A DNA stretch of 63,086 bases, the filler included, from Octopus bimaculoides (Eukaryota), in NCBI RefSeq assembly GCF_001194135.2. It is 5 parts of 5 records of this genome, joined end to end, with 100 filler letters (N's around TTAATTAATTAA, not from the genome) between each part and the next. Parts side by side here need not be neighbours in the genome. Positions count along the whole stretch, not along the records: positions 1 to 31,365 come from NC_068990.1; 4 more parts are not named here. One strand, written 5' to 3'. Both the position numbers and the translations under genes were made by a program. A model generated the notes under the pieces. The model had not been told where the DNA came from. It did no database searches and saw only the letters and a list, made by a program, of their open reading frames with translations. Positions 12,988 to 25,373 of this stretch are shown here, in pieces. The first letter of the stretch is position 1, and the number at the start of each line of letters is the position of its first letter.

Positions 12988-13295
12988 GCTGCACCTGTGG
13001 AAACTTCAAATTCATGGAAATTTTAAAAATTTGGTGTGTTCATGTAATATATATATATATANNNNNNNNNNNNNNNNNNNNNNNNNNNNNNNNNNNNNNN
13101 NNNNNNNNNNNNNNNNNNNNNNNNNNNNNNNNNNNNNNNNNNNNNNNNNNNNNNNNNNNNNNNNNNNNNNNNNNNNNNNNNNNNNNNNNNNNNNNNNNNN
13201 NNNNNNNNNNNNNNNNNNNNNNNNNNNNNNNNNNNNNNNNNNNNNNNNNNNNNNNNNNNNNNNNNNNNNNNNNNNNNNNNNNNNNTGGGTGCACT
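12988..13295. mobile_element. Copy of the G(G/C)TGCACC TIR element spanning an N gap
   Basis: GCTGCACCTGTGGAAA... before the gap and GGTGCAC after it. Confidence 0.5.
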
Positions 13296-13367
13296 TACAC
13301 ACACAAATTTTTTTAAATTACGTTACACATTTTATAAATGATTAAGAACAGTTTAAGCCAACAGTTC

Positions 13368-13439
13368 TCCCATGTGGTCTAGTGGTTAGGATTCCTGGCT
13401 TTCACCCAGGTGGCCCGGGTTCGATTCCCGGCATGGGAA
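13368..13439 (+). tRNA. tRNA-Glu(TTC), TGGC variant
   Basis: Intact 72-mer; only a T4 run close downstream. Confidence 0.96.
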
Positions 13440-14225
13440 CGCATTCTTCATTTTACCGAAATGATTTATCTTAATACTTCAGTGTTGCATATAACTTAAT
13501 TCCAGTTTTATTCATTCAATTTGATTGCTTCTTTTTTTTTTTTTTTTTTAGAAAGATCTAAGAATCAAGTAGGATTTATCAACTTTAAAGAAGCAGATGC
13601 GAGCCGTTAAACAATATCGATGTATCAGAATAAGAGATTGATTATCTTAGACTCCTGCATTACAAGATCTAAAGAAGAACAAAGCACAAACAAATATTAT
13701 TTTCTATTTAACATGTGCAAATGCGTACGTTAACGAACCCTTTATACACGCTCACTTAACTACTTATACGTATGCGTAGTTTACTCGTTGTTCAAATTCC
13801 AGCTCCTTAAGTGAATAGGCTCCTAGTTATTTGTAAGAATCGATGAAGTTTCAGTTCGATATTCGACTTTCATTTCCTACAGAAAAACCGTTCGATATTC
13901 ATGTTTTCTGGTTCAGAGAACCGTTCGTATATAAGTACCTCATTGTAATTGAAGTCGTTTAGTTTTCTTTAGTTATTTATTCATTCATTTGGTTTCTTTT
14001 GTTCTGGATAGGGCAAGAAATGAAAATGCAGATACGACACGTTAAATAATGTCGCTACCTGAACAAAATATTGGATTATGCTGACTCTTTCCCATCTGAT
14101 TCTTCCTTTTCCGACTCTTCCTTTTCCGATTCTTAGGCCAAACAAAAACAGACACACACACACAAATATATAAAATTACGTTACACATTTTATAAATGAC
14201 TAAGAGTAACCTAAATCAACAGATT

Positions 14226-14297
14226 TCCCATGTGGTCTAGTGGTTAGGATTCCTGGCTTTCACCCAGGTGGCCCGGGTTCGATTCCCGGCATGGGAA
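14226..14297 (+). tRNA. tRNA-Glu(TTC), TGGC variant; recent tandem duplicate of 13368
   Basis: Intact 72-mer; flanks closely match those of 13368 (offset 858 bp). Confidence 0.96.
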
Positions 14298-14586
14298 CGC
14301 ATTCTTCATTTTACCGAAATAATTTATCTAAATACTTTAGTGCTACATATAACTTAATTTATCAACTTTAAATAAGCAGATGCGAGCCGTTAAACAATAT
14401 CGATGTATCAGAATAAGAGATCGATTGTCTTAAACTCCTGCATTACAAGATCTAAAGAAGAACAAAGCACACATACACAAATACGTACACACACATACAT
14501 GCATTCATACACACAGAGCACGCAAATTGGAAAAATGATGGAGTACTTTTGATAAAACAGTAACTATCAGGATACGTGATCGGCGT

Positions 14587-14645
14587 TCCAATGTGGTCAA
14601 GTAGTTAAGATTCCGGTCATCCTGAGTTCGATGCCAGTGTAGGAA
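14587..14645 (+). pseudogene. tRNA-Glu pseudogene with anticodon arm deleted
   Basis: TCCAATGTGGTCAAGTAGTTAAGATTCC-GGTCATCCTGAGTTCGATGCC; shares CATCCTGAGTTCGAT with the 10885 fragment. Confidence 0.8.
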
Positions 14646-14739
14646 CGCGTCCTTCTTTTTCTGTTAGAATTTATTTGTAGTTTCAGAAAAGTACGTCGGA
14701 GTTTGCTAGACAGTGGAATCTCTATATACAAAGATGAGT

Positions 14740-15060
14740 GAAGGCGCGTGGCTTAATGGTTAGGGCATTCGGCTCACGTTCATAAGGTCGTGAGTTCAAT
14801 TCCCGGCGACGCGTTGTGTCCTTGAGCAAGACACTTTATTTCATGTTGCTCCGGTCCACTCAGCTGGCAAAAATGAGTAGTACCTGTAATTCAAAGAACC
14901 AGCCTTGTCACACCCTGTGTCACGCTGAATCTCCCTGAGTACTACGTTAAGGGTACCCGTATCTGTGGAGTGCGCAACCACTTACACGTTAATTTCACGA
15001 GCAAGCTGTTCCGTTGGTCGTATCAGCTGGGACCTTTGTGGTCGTAACCGACGGAGTGCT
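14740..15060 (+). mobile_element. tRNA-derived SINE, family B (different head, same 3' body as family A)
   Basis: GAAGGCGCGTGGCTTAATGGTTAGGG...GAGTTCAATTCCC head; CCTTGAGCAAGACACT box; GTAACCGACGGAGTGC end. Confidence 0.85.
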
Positions 15061-15553
15061 ACTACGAAGATGTAGTAAGCAAACCGTTCGTTACATGAGT
15101 AGTTAAATGTAAATAAGGATAATCCGTTCCAAGTCACATCCATACTGTACATAAAGACGTGAAATGATGTTTTATTCGACCATCCATGAACTGCAAATAC
15201 ATAAATATATACGTATGTGCATGTGTGTTAGTGTGTGTGTGTGTGTATGTGCATGCACGCTCGCGTCTGTGAGTTGCGTTTTCCCCTGTCTTTCTCTCGA
15301 ACCATGGTTAAGTTTTTAACAAAATATATCAAAAATATTTTCTATATGAAATATGAAAATGTGTACGCTAACGAACCGTTTGTACACGCTCTCCTAGCTA
15401 CTTATATGCATTCGTAGTCTACTCGTGGTTCACTGTTCAACTTCCAGCTCGTTAATCGAACAGGCTTCTAGTTATTTATACGTGTGCGTAGTCTACTCGT
15501 AGTTTGTGGTTGCGTCATTTAAATAATGTCACTATCTGAATAAAGATATTGGA

Positions 15554-16645
15554 TTGCTCGCCGTACAACAGGTGTCTGAGTACACGGATGTCAGTCATTC
15601 TGATGACGTGGTCAGTCCAACGTTATTGAGCCTTCAGCAGCGTTGACTCAATGCTTGTTGAACCAACTCTCTGTCCAGTACTTCTTGGTTTGTCACTCTG
15701 TCTGCCAACAAATGCCCATGGTCCTGTGTAGTGTCCTTGTGTGAAATTGTTCCAGCTGTTTGATGTGCTGGCAGTATGTGGTCCATGCTTCACCTATATA
15801 GCAGTGTAGAGATGACTACAGCTCTGTAAACCTTTAGCTTTGTCGACAGCGTAATACCTTTCTGCTGACGGACTTGGCTAGTCTTTTGGTTTCTGGGTGA
15901 GTTTTTGCAGTCCAGTGATCCATCGGCTAAGATTGTGCTGCTAAGGTACTTGAAGCTCTCTACACACTTCAGCTGGACTACCTCAGTGATGATGTTTGGC
16001 AAAGGGGTGACATGTGTTCGGAGTTGCTTGGACAAAAGAGCTTTGACGCTTCTGCAAAGTGGGCGACAATAATCTACTGGTGACTTTTCTTATGTGCCAT
16101 TAGGGCACTGTCATCCAAATAGTGTTTCAGTGATGAGCTTTTCCACCGTCTTGGTTCGGACAGAGAGTTGCTGGACGGCAAAAATTGAGCCATCTGAAAG
16201 ATATTTGATGTACACATCTGAGTCTAGATTTTTTGCTGTGTGGAGTAGGATCTATGTGAAAAGCATGTTGAACAAGACGAACGAGAACGCAGCCCTGTTT
16301 CACACTATTGGAAGAGTTGATGCAGTCACCATTTGCAGAGAGAGAACTTGACCGATTACGTTGTCGTGGAAGAGACTTACCACTGCGGTGAACTTGTGTA
16401 AGCAGCCTAGCTTAGCTAGGATGGTCCACAAAGCTTTTCTGTTGTGTGTCGAAAGCTTTGGTCAGGTCTATGAACACTGAATACAAATCCTTCTGTTATT
16501 CAATACACTTCTCTTTGACTTGACGCACAGTAAACGCCATGTCTATGGTGCAGCGGCCACGGTGAAAGCACATTGGGCTTCAGGCAAGCTGCTCTCTAAG
16601 ACGCTGGTGATGAGCCTCTTGAGGAAGATGACAGATTTATCCACT
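15554..16645 (-). mobile_element. RTE-clade LINE reverse transcriptase relic (frameshifted, 3'-truncated)
   Basis: Minus-strand peptides LPEAQCAF, DLYSVFIDLTKAFDT, VESFKYLSSTI, TKLKVYRAVVISTLLY, HVIRM, LLYGE match RTE ORF motifs. Confidence 0.9.
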
Positions 16646-17253
16646 TGCAGTCGATTCAAACAAAGAAAGAACAACATAGTCATTGATATATAGAACATAG
16701 GTACCCTCAAGGTTCGAGATAGTGTCTCCAGATATCTGAGAAGAACAGCCCTCATTGCCAAAGAACTGTCGAGATACAGTATCGACATAACAGCTATCAG
16801 TGAAACTCGACTGGCTGAGGAGGGGTCGTTGACAGAATCAGGCAATGGTTACATTTTCTTCTGGAAAAGCAAGGCCCTACACGAGGACAGAATATACGGA
16901 GTTGGATTCGCTATCAACTCCAGTCCTTGAAACGGATTCCCAGCCTGTCGACAGGGGTAAATGAAAGGCTTATGAAGATTCCCTGTCAGCGACAAACGCT
17001 TCCCCATCATAAGCGCGTACCCCCCTACACACATACACACACACACACATTACGAAAGGAGATCAGAGAGCAGTTCTATGCCGACTTGGACACTGTACTA
17101 TGTGGCACGCCTAATACCGACAAGTTTCTAATACTTGGCGACTTCAAAGCCAGAGTCAGCAAGGACGAGGAACAGTGGAAAGGGGTTTTAGGGAAGCATG
17201 CAGTTGGGAAGACAAGTACCAATGACTTCCTGTTGCTGAGCAAATACGCTGAG
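16646..17253 (+). mobile_element. RTE-clade LINE APE endonuclease relic, opposite strand to the adjacent RT
   Basis: Plus-strand NIGTL...RRTALIAKELSRYSIDITAISETRLAEEGSLTE...GYIFFWK...GVGFAI, SAYPP, LILGDFKARV. Confidence 0.92.
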
Positions 17254-17662
17254 CCCGTATCTCTTGGTTATCCTCATCTGGTGCAGCCCGCCAGTCGAAG
17301 CGGTTTACCGGGATGTGGCCGCTTCGCATGCTACAGCTACTTGGAGCCACAGGTGAGAGCTGGACTCCAGATGGAGTACCAAAGGTAGACGAGCCTCTCC
17401 CAGAGAGAACGACTAACCCCCACTCACCCACCAGAGATACTACCCCTCCACTGCAGCAGGAAGGGTTTCCAGGTTTTCTACCGAGAGGGTGGGATTGTCC
17501 TTGTGCAAAAGTTCTCTCACTTAAAATAACTTCACGCACAGGTGTCTGTACAGTTCAGCTTTCGAAGTGTCAACCTTGAGTCCTGCGGCGATGGGGGAGT
17601 GGGGAAAAGGACAGGTGGAGGTAACCACTGGAAATTCTAGTCACAAGCCTGCACGTAGGAGG
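17254..17662 (-). mobile_element. GC-rich segment, probable 5' UTR of the same RTE element
   Basis: Abuts the endonuclease without a break, GC-rich against AT-rich flanks; tRNA-unit flank homology resumes at ~17663. UTR identity is inference. Confidence 0.45.
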
Positions 17663-17733
17663 CAGTACTAAAACAGATATAAACACACTCACACACATAC
17701 ACACACAGATAGGTAAAATAACGCAACACGTTT

Positions 17734-17750
17734 TATAAAACAGTAATTGT
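17734..17750 (+). promoter_or_regulatory. TATA-like upstream element (TATAAAACAGTAATTGT) at -36 of a tRNA-Glu gene; representative of a motif at -36/-35 in eight copies
   Basis: NATAAAA starts at -36 for the genes at 5503, 7281(-), 12322, 12873(-), 14587 and 17770; TATAAAG at -36 for 11213(-); AATAAAA at -35 for 28764. Confidence 0.55.
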
Positions 17751-17769
17751 AGCGTCAGCTATTTAACTT

Positions 17770-17841
17770 TCCCATGTGGTCTAGTGGTTAGGATTCCTGG
17801 CTTTCACCCAGGCGGCCCGGGTTCGATTCCCGGCATGGGAA
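17770..17841 (+). tRNA. tRNA-Glu(TTC)
   Basis: Intact 72-mer followed by long T run. Confidence 0.97.
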
Positions 17842-18413
17842 CGCAGTTTTTTTTTTTTTTTTTTTTGCTCTGTCAATATGTATGTGTAGTGAAATTGATG
17901 TAATTTAGAGTTATATATAAGTTGATTTGGGATTTATTTGTTTTCTTATTTCGGTTTCCCTTTTATTCTGGAGAGATCTAAGAATCATGTTTTTAATGAA
18001 ATGCCTTGAGTAAAGTAAAATTTCAATCGCCATCGAAACAACGACGAAACGTCTATGAGCATGCTCAATCTGCTAAAATAACAGCCAAATCTTCCACAAA
18101 TTGCATCCGGCTGACTCAAAAATTAGAGGACAAATAGGGTGGTGTAGTCTAGTCAAATAAATGGAATCGTCACAACTAAAAAGTTTTTGGTCATGAGTCT
18201 ACTCTTTCAGGTTTGACCTGGGATAAGCTACGTTGCCGTCTTAGTTCGTAAAGAGCCTGCTTTTTTGCAGTGGAATATAAAATATTCGACGGTCCTATAT
18301 AAAAATAATTGTTTTACGGTAAAACATAAAAAATTGGTTAGTGTGTAATGTTATTCAATTGAGATGAGAAGTATTTTTCATAACAAGAACATTAAAGAGA
18401 CACATGTGTAACC

Positions 18414-18744
18414 CAGTGGTTCTCAAACGGTGTCCATATAACCCCTGGGGGTCAATATCAAAATCTTGGGGATCCACACAATCAAAATAGTAAATTGGGT
18501 CTACAGTAGTAATTTGAAGGTTCATGAAAAAATTTCGCTTTAGATATATTTATTGCAAGAAACAGTTAGGTTCTCTAGCGTTTTACATAGTTCAACCAAT
18601 ACAAGTTAAATGTGTGAAAACGCAATAGGAACTTTTGAAGAAGCGTCTACAAAACTAGTTTATAAACACTGAATGGTTATGGGGGTCCACAAGAATAAAA
18701 TAGTAATCAAAGGGGTACATTGATAAAAAATGGTTGAGAACCAT
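18414..18744. mobile_element. hAT (Charlie-type) MITE
   Basis: TIR CAGTGGTTCTCAA / TTGAGAACCA; 8-bp TSD-like GTGTAACC / ATGTAACC. Confidence 0.75.
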
Positions 18745-19220
18745 ATGTAACCGAACATACGATAGGAAAACTTTCTTACTTTTAAATAACATCAGCAAGA
18801 GATTAAACATGCATGGGAGATAACTCTATATGTGTGTGATGCTTTCGAATAATATAGCTGATGTCGCTTAGTCTTGTGCAACTGTAACAGAGATAGTTGT
18901 ACACTAGGAATCTGTTAATAGCGAACAGCTGCAGTCGTTGTTTAGCACCAGTTTATTTCTGATCGAGCAAATCTGTAATCAAAAATATCCCAGCTGAGAC
19001 CACCAGCATCACACACCTTTCATTATTTTTTTTTAAATTTCTGGCAGTGTATACCTAAGGCTATATTTGCAACTAATTCCAGCATGTAAAAGCAGCCACG
19101 TACAAACTATTGTTTTGCACTTAATAGCAATAACATACCTCACACAACTCAGTGAATTATAAAACAAAATAGTATATATACATATATATGAATAATAAAT
19201 AAAAATTAAATAATGATTTC

Positions 19221-19382
19221 AAAATTTTGCCACAAGGGTAGCTGGTACTTATTTAATCGATCGCTAAAGGATGGAATGCAAAATCGACCTCGGCGGAATT
19301 TGAACTCACAACGTAGCGACGGGCAAAATACCGGTAAGCATTTCGCCCGGGGGCACTAACGATTCTGCCAGCTCTCCGCCTC
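19221..19382 (-). mobile_element. SINE family E
   Basis: Reverse complement of AGGCGG.GAGCTGGCAGAATCGTTAG head and central box. Confidence 0.8.
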
Positions 19383-19403
19383 AATAAATAAATAGAAAAA
19401 GGA

Positions 19404-19586
19404 CAGGTGTGGGTGTATAGTTAAGAAACTTCCTACCCAGCCACATGCTCTTGAGTTCAATTCCAATTCATGGTATCTTGGGTAAATGTCTTCTATTATA
19501 TAGCCCCGGGCCGACCAATGCTTTGAGAGTGAATTTGATACACAGAAACTGAAAGAAGGCAGTTGTATATACATATACATACATAC

Positions 19587-19617
<31 letters not shown>

Positions 19618-19858
19618 TATACATGGCGCAGCCTGTGACTGTGTGGTAAGAAGCTGCGTGACACCTTGGGCAAGTGTCTTCTACTATAGCCTCGGACCGA
19701 GCATAGCATTGCGAGTGTATTTGGTAGACGGAAACTGAAAGAAGCCCATATATATTTGTGTGTTTGTGTCTGTGTTTGTCTCCCACCATCGATTTCTTCA
19801 ACTAAAAAGGCGGTGCTCCAGCATGGCCGTAGCCCAATAGTTAAAACAACTAAAAGAT
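19404..19858 (+). mobile_element. Two nested or adjacent SINE family C pieces (second head at ~19624)
   Basis: Two CTTGGG(T/C)AA(A/G)TGTCTTCTA..ATAGCC boxes separated by a microsatellite; family C tail. Confidence 0.7.
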
Positions 19859-20228
19859 AATATTAAGATGATGATGAAAAGCATTTAAACAGACCTACCA
19901 TCAACCACATTTAGACACAACAAACAAAACAACCACATTAATTCCAACCCCTACGCATGTCACATGACCAGTTAGAAATAGGAACTAAATACCCCTCACC
20001 TCTCACCGAACTGTCCTTAAAAGTCGAAGGCACTGGCCAATGAAGTCCTTCGTGCATAGTATCATGGCATGTTTGAACTTACGTAATTATAAGTCTGCAT
20101 GATCAAAGGGTTAAACTCTCTCTCTCTCCCTCCCCTTTTCTCCTCTCCCTCCCTCTCTCTCTCTTCCTCTTTCTCTTCTATGCTTGTGTCCGTGTTAATC
20201 CACAAACATACACATACACACACACACA

Positions 20229-20281
<53 letters not shown>

Positions 20282-22444
20282 GTCTGTAAGCATGTATGTA
20301 TGTATTATTTGTGTGTGTATGTGTGTGTCTTTTTATTAGTGTTCGTTTGTTTACGTCACTGTAACCTAGTGGTTCGGCTAAACGGAAGAATAGAATAAGT
20401 AAATAAGTACCAGATTTAGAAAATAAATACTGGAGTCAATTTGTTTGACTAAACAGTTTTAAGCTGGCACTCAAACATAGTCGCAGAACAATGACTGAAA
20501 GAAGTACAAGACAATTGAGAATATATATACATGTCGTCGTCGACTTACGACCACAATTGGTTCCGACCACAATTGGCAGCTATACCATTGATTCTAATAT
20601 ACAAAAGGGCGGAATGACTGTAGCTGGAAAGACATTGATCCTGAGTTTGTTTAGTCAGTCACAAAAGAAGAGACTTGGCTGAAGATTAATCATCAAATAC
20701 CTTTATTGTTACACCATGTTAGAGCCACGCTGTGATTCTCTAGCGTTGGATCTGTGTAAATATAACTCGCCGTGATTCAAATGACTTTTTATGAGCTCTA
20801 GGTTTGCCCGATCAAATTTTAACTACTTAAATATGGAATATAGAAGGGAGTGATTCTAAACTTCAACAGGCCAGTGACAATTCCCGTCACGCTTCGATCT
20901 AATTGGACTTCATCAACCGTTTACAGAACAATGATTATAGACAGAGTAATAACAGTAAGCTTCGACTAAAATTGTGTAAAAGAGAAAACAATTACCAATG
21001 GCAGTAATATGGAGGCATGCTCTGTAACACCGCGTCGTTGCATCCACCATTAGTTGGGGATTCCCTACTCGAGGCGGATGACAATTTTGCATCACTCAGC
21101 CGACAACACCTCCAACCCATGGACTTGTTTGGGTAGTAATTGCTTCTGAGGGTTTTTACAATGTCAGAGTACAAATCCCACCTCCACCTATTTTAGTCAT
21201 CTTTTATGTCGAGGTCCCCACATAGCACTAGAGCAATATCAAATTAAGTGCATTGCCCATGAACACAGCATGAACACAGGGAATCAGACCCTCGATCTGG
21301 TGATCGTGAGTGCAGTACTATAACCACTAAGCTACGCGCCTTCACAAAATATTACCAATAAAGAGGTCATAACTGTTTGTGGGAGTGAACATCATGTTAC
21401 AATTCGAAACTATATTAAATCACAAAAGTGAAACACTTTCTATGTAATTATTCCAAGCAAGCTGTCAATAACGGTAGGTGTCTGGCATCCAAGCACTCAA
21501 TCAGACATTCTGTTGCCCAATGCTTCGAATGGAAATTTACTAATTTTACAGATTAGAATTAATTATATATTTTCTGTATGTAGCAACTTGTTTAATTTGT
21601 TTCTCGAAGATTCCAACTTGATTTCTTTTCTCCACCTACTGGAGGTTTAATTTACATAACTTGTATCATTTGATACATAATTTGTATCATTAGATTGAAG
21701 TGGTTTTGTCCATAGGAGAAATACAACGTTGTGATATTCGTGTCTTTAATGGAAATGTAGCAGGAATATTTAGCAGTCACAAAACACCAAGAAATCGGAT
21801 CCGGATCTCTATCTGATGCAAGTAAACAAGTAAAGAACACGAACACAATTCGCTCAAGTATTGCTGATGTCATCAAAACATTTATTCAAAAATTTTGTTG
21901 GAACAAGATTAAATCTTTGGCGCGCTTTTTCTGATCAAGAGCATCAGTTATAGATTTTGTGGATTTTAGCCACTAGCAAGTGGAAGCTAGAGAGGACAGT
22001 AGCAGGGAACTGTCCGTAGCTGCAAAACAATAGTCGAGGAAGACTGTGGTCGGGGCGGGGACAGCAACCATCCCTAACTAACTCCAAGAAACACACAACG
22101 GCGTTGGATCTTTCCTTGTTGGTTGCCACTTTTTAATTTCTTCCATTTTTGCTCCAATTCATTTCATATTTGGCGTATTGGTGTAGTTTTGTAAGGTAAT
22201 CATTGACATGAAATTCATTTTCGCCACAAATTAGTAGATAAAGAATTAATAGCTTTTAAAGTTTGCAAATTTTGGATAATTTTTGCCAATCGAAAGCCAC
22301 AGGCATATAGGGGCCTGTTTCCAGAGTAACAAGCAAAGCTGTTACCAAGATGCTTACCACGTCTTCTTTTTGTCGTTTGCTAAATGCTTAAAACTCATAA
22401 TGTATGAGGTGGTCATGAGATGTGCCAAAAAAAACCCCAGCTAA

Positions 22445-22819
22445 GTAGGCCTTAAATCACGCACTATTTTTGTCGCATAATTGTACGAATTCCCGTGTGT
22501 GGAATACAAATTCGCGAAAATTTTCGGAAAATTTCAAAAAAGGAAAAAGTTATGAGGGGTTATATGGCGTACCTATAGCAAAATTCCGCCTGTATTTCAC
22601 TTGTTTATAGTTGACAACACGTGCAGTCACGCACAAAATGAGAGCTTCCAAATCCTGTTTTCTGACTGGGTAAAAATTATCAAATTTTAAACACTAACAT
22701 TTTTTGAAAATTTTCCTGAGAAAAAGTGAATGAGCCCCTGAGATTCAGCGTGGAAAATTACATCAATTCACCAAATCTTAAAATTTTCACTAAACTTCAA
22801 AATTTCCACAGGTACAGTC
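22445..22819. mobile_element. Partial copy of the G(G/C)TGCACC TIR element
   Basis: Collinear with ~11640-12000 including the right TIR. Confidence 0.6.
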
Positions 22820-23551
22820 AAACAGAGAAAAAATCCAATATCTACTACTGTACCTGATCCCAAAATATCTCATGAATTTCGAACTTGTGTAAACATCTTT
22901 TTCTTTGTCGATCGTAGAAACGTGTAATTGTTAACGATAGATTAAGTATTTTTGTTTTTAAGACTTCGATCCGTGTCAAGTCGATACCGAATCGTAACTC
23001 AGTTCACACACATGAGCAACACCTTAACACTAAAGGAAGTTAAATTTGCTTCAACGGCAGATTCAAACCTTATCACCGTCTCTGCTTGCTGAGATATTAG
23101 CACAAGCTAGCTTCCTATTCCTGGGAATATAGATAGTGATGGCCTAAGAAAGGGTTAGACTAAAGCATTTATAGGGGTGAAACTTTCAAGTTTGCAGTAT
23201 AGGAGTGTATAGGAGTGCAGAAGCAGCAAACTCAGGAGCCATATAGTGGGGTACAAACATTCTAGCTACGCTACTGTGTAAACAGTGAAAAATATCAAGG
23301 AAAAGGTTGAACTTCTAATTAACTAAAACTCTGTTTATGTTGTGTAACTCAACAGGCTCCATATGCTCCTCTAGTTAATTTCGGGTTCCCAATTCGTTAA
23401 AACTTCGTAGCATACGACATTAAGGCCATGATTCACTTGAGTGAAAAATAATATAACAGTCAGCAGTCAGCAAGTCAGCAACAGAAACAGCAACTGAACA
23501 CACAGCAACAGTTTTAATAATTTCTTTATTAAAGACTACATTGTTCAACTT

Positions 23552-23623
23552 TCCCATGTGGTCTAGTGGTTAGGATTCCTGGCTTTCACCCAGGCGGCCC
23601 GGGTTCGATTCCCGGCATGGGAA
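23552..23623 (+). tRNA. tRNA-Glu(TTC)
   Basis: Intact 72-mer, T-run downstream. Confidence 0.97.
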
Positions 23624-24167
23624 CGTTTCTTTTTTTTTTCTAATTTTTTTTTTTTTTTCTGTATAAAGATCCTCATTGTTTGTGTGCGCGCTTGTTTCTG
23701 TGTGTGTGCGTGCTTGTACTTGTGTGTGTGTGTTGGCGTAATTTCGTTATATCTACATTCCACAACACATAAATACAGTACAAGCACGCACGCACACACA
23801 CACACACACAAAGGAACAAGCATGCACACACACACAGAGGACCAAGCACACATGCACGTACAACCCATTAGCTTTCTCTTTCCAGTTCGCTACGTCAACT
23901 GACAGTTAACAAGTCAACACGTGCTCACGGAAATTACCGAGTGGTTTAGTGACAGAATTCGGGTCAAAACGAAAGATCGCCGATAAGAGATATTGTGAGA
24001 CTCATGTCCTTGCAAAAGTCTTCGTCTTATAATATTTAAAGGGTATTGCCGTCAGGTGTAAATTGTAACTGTTCAAAGGATTTAGAGTGGTTCCTCTTCA
24101 GAACACTTTATTCCACATGTTCCACTTAAATGAAGCTTAACCAACAATCGACGACGGTGATCGCTAT

Positions 24168-24217
24168 TATGCTCCGTTGATGACGACCAATTAGACTGAA
24201 GCATGACTGTAGTTATA
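24168..24217 (+). other. Degenerate type I hammerhead-ribozyme-like motif (spacer paralog a)
   Basis: CTCCG-TTGATGA-CGAC-CAATTA-GACT-GAAGC-AT-GAC-TGTAG; identical spacing to the 26518 and 28238 copies. Confidence 0.4.
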
Positions 24218-24711
24218 GCATAGTCAAAGGTCGGACTATCCCTATACAACAGTTCATAATTAATTAATAAAAAATCCAGTATTGTCTTCTCCTGCCTTTA
24301 AAAATTTTTTTTTTTTTTTTTTGTCTCTAAGCTAGAATTAGTAATTTAGAAACTTATTGCTTTCCTCATTAAGTTTTCGTGCAGCAAGCGTCCGTGAGTA
24401 ACTGATTTGTTACAGTCTCTTGAGACTTAACTCCATTCTATTCATTCATTCATATATTTATGTACTCCATACATTCTGGAAATACTGGATTAGAGAAATT
24501 ATTTCTTCTAAGTTCGTAAACTAGATCGCCTTACTACCGACTCCTGCTCTGCTAAGTTTCAGTATGTTCAAAGGCTTTAGTTTTGTTACATTCTACGTGT
24601 TTCACTCCATAAATGAAAATAATGTAACAGCCAGCAATAAACATCAATGAGAGCAACTGATGACAGCAACAGTTTTAATAATCTTTGTATCGTGTTAGCA
24701 ATAACAGACAT

Positions 24712-24783
24712 TCCCATGTGGTCTAGTGGTAAGGATTCCTGGCTTTCACCCAGGCGGCCCGGGTTCGATTCCCGGCATGGGAA
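24712..24783 (+). tRNA. tRNA-Glu(TTC), D-loop T>A variant (GGTAAGG)
   Basis: Intact cloverleaf, T5 downstream. Confidence 0.95.
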
Positions 24784-24985
24784 CGTGTTAGTTTTTATAG
24801 TTTTTCATTTTATTTTTCTTTGCAGTGCTCATTTATCTTCGTCGGGAAAGGATAACAGATACAAAATTTTCATAGTATAATTAAAATGTANNNNNNNNNN
24901 NNNNNNNNNNNNNNNNNNNNNNNNNNNNNNNNNNNNNNNNNNNNNNNNNNNNNNNNNNNNNNNNNNNTGTACTTGTTTTCCAAGT

Positions 24986-25373
24986 GGAGGCGCAAGGCGT
25001 AGTGGTTAGGGCAGCGGACTCGCAGTCGTAGGATCGCGGTTTCGATTCCTAGACCGGGCGTTGTGAGTGTTTGTTGAGTGAAAGCACCTAAAGCTCCACG
25101 AGGCTCCGGCAGGTGGTGGTGGTGGTGGTGGCGAACCCTGCTGTACTCTCCCACCACAACTTTCTCTCACTCTTTCTTCCTGTTTCTGTTGTACCTGTAT
25201 TTCAAAGGGGCCAGCCTTATCATACTCTGTGTAACGCTGAATCTCCTCGAGAACTACGTTAAGGTTACACGTGTCTGTGGAGTGCTCAGTCACATGCACA
25301 TTAATTTCACGAGTAAGTTGTTCCGTTGATCGGATCAACTAAAACCCTCGTCGTCGTAACCGACGGAGTGCCA
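24986..25373 (+). mobile_element. Full-length SINE family A with target-site duplication
   Basis: Complete head to GACGGAGTGCCA end; TACTTGTTTTCCA (24970-24982) and TACTTGTTTGCCA (25378-25390) flank it. Confidence 0.9.

Noticed and set aside
22140-22420. Minus-strand peptide scraps (W..L...ELEQKWKKLK) resembling a Myb/SANT domain
   Set aside because: Multiple stops and frameshifts; too little signal to call by eye.
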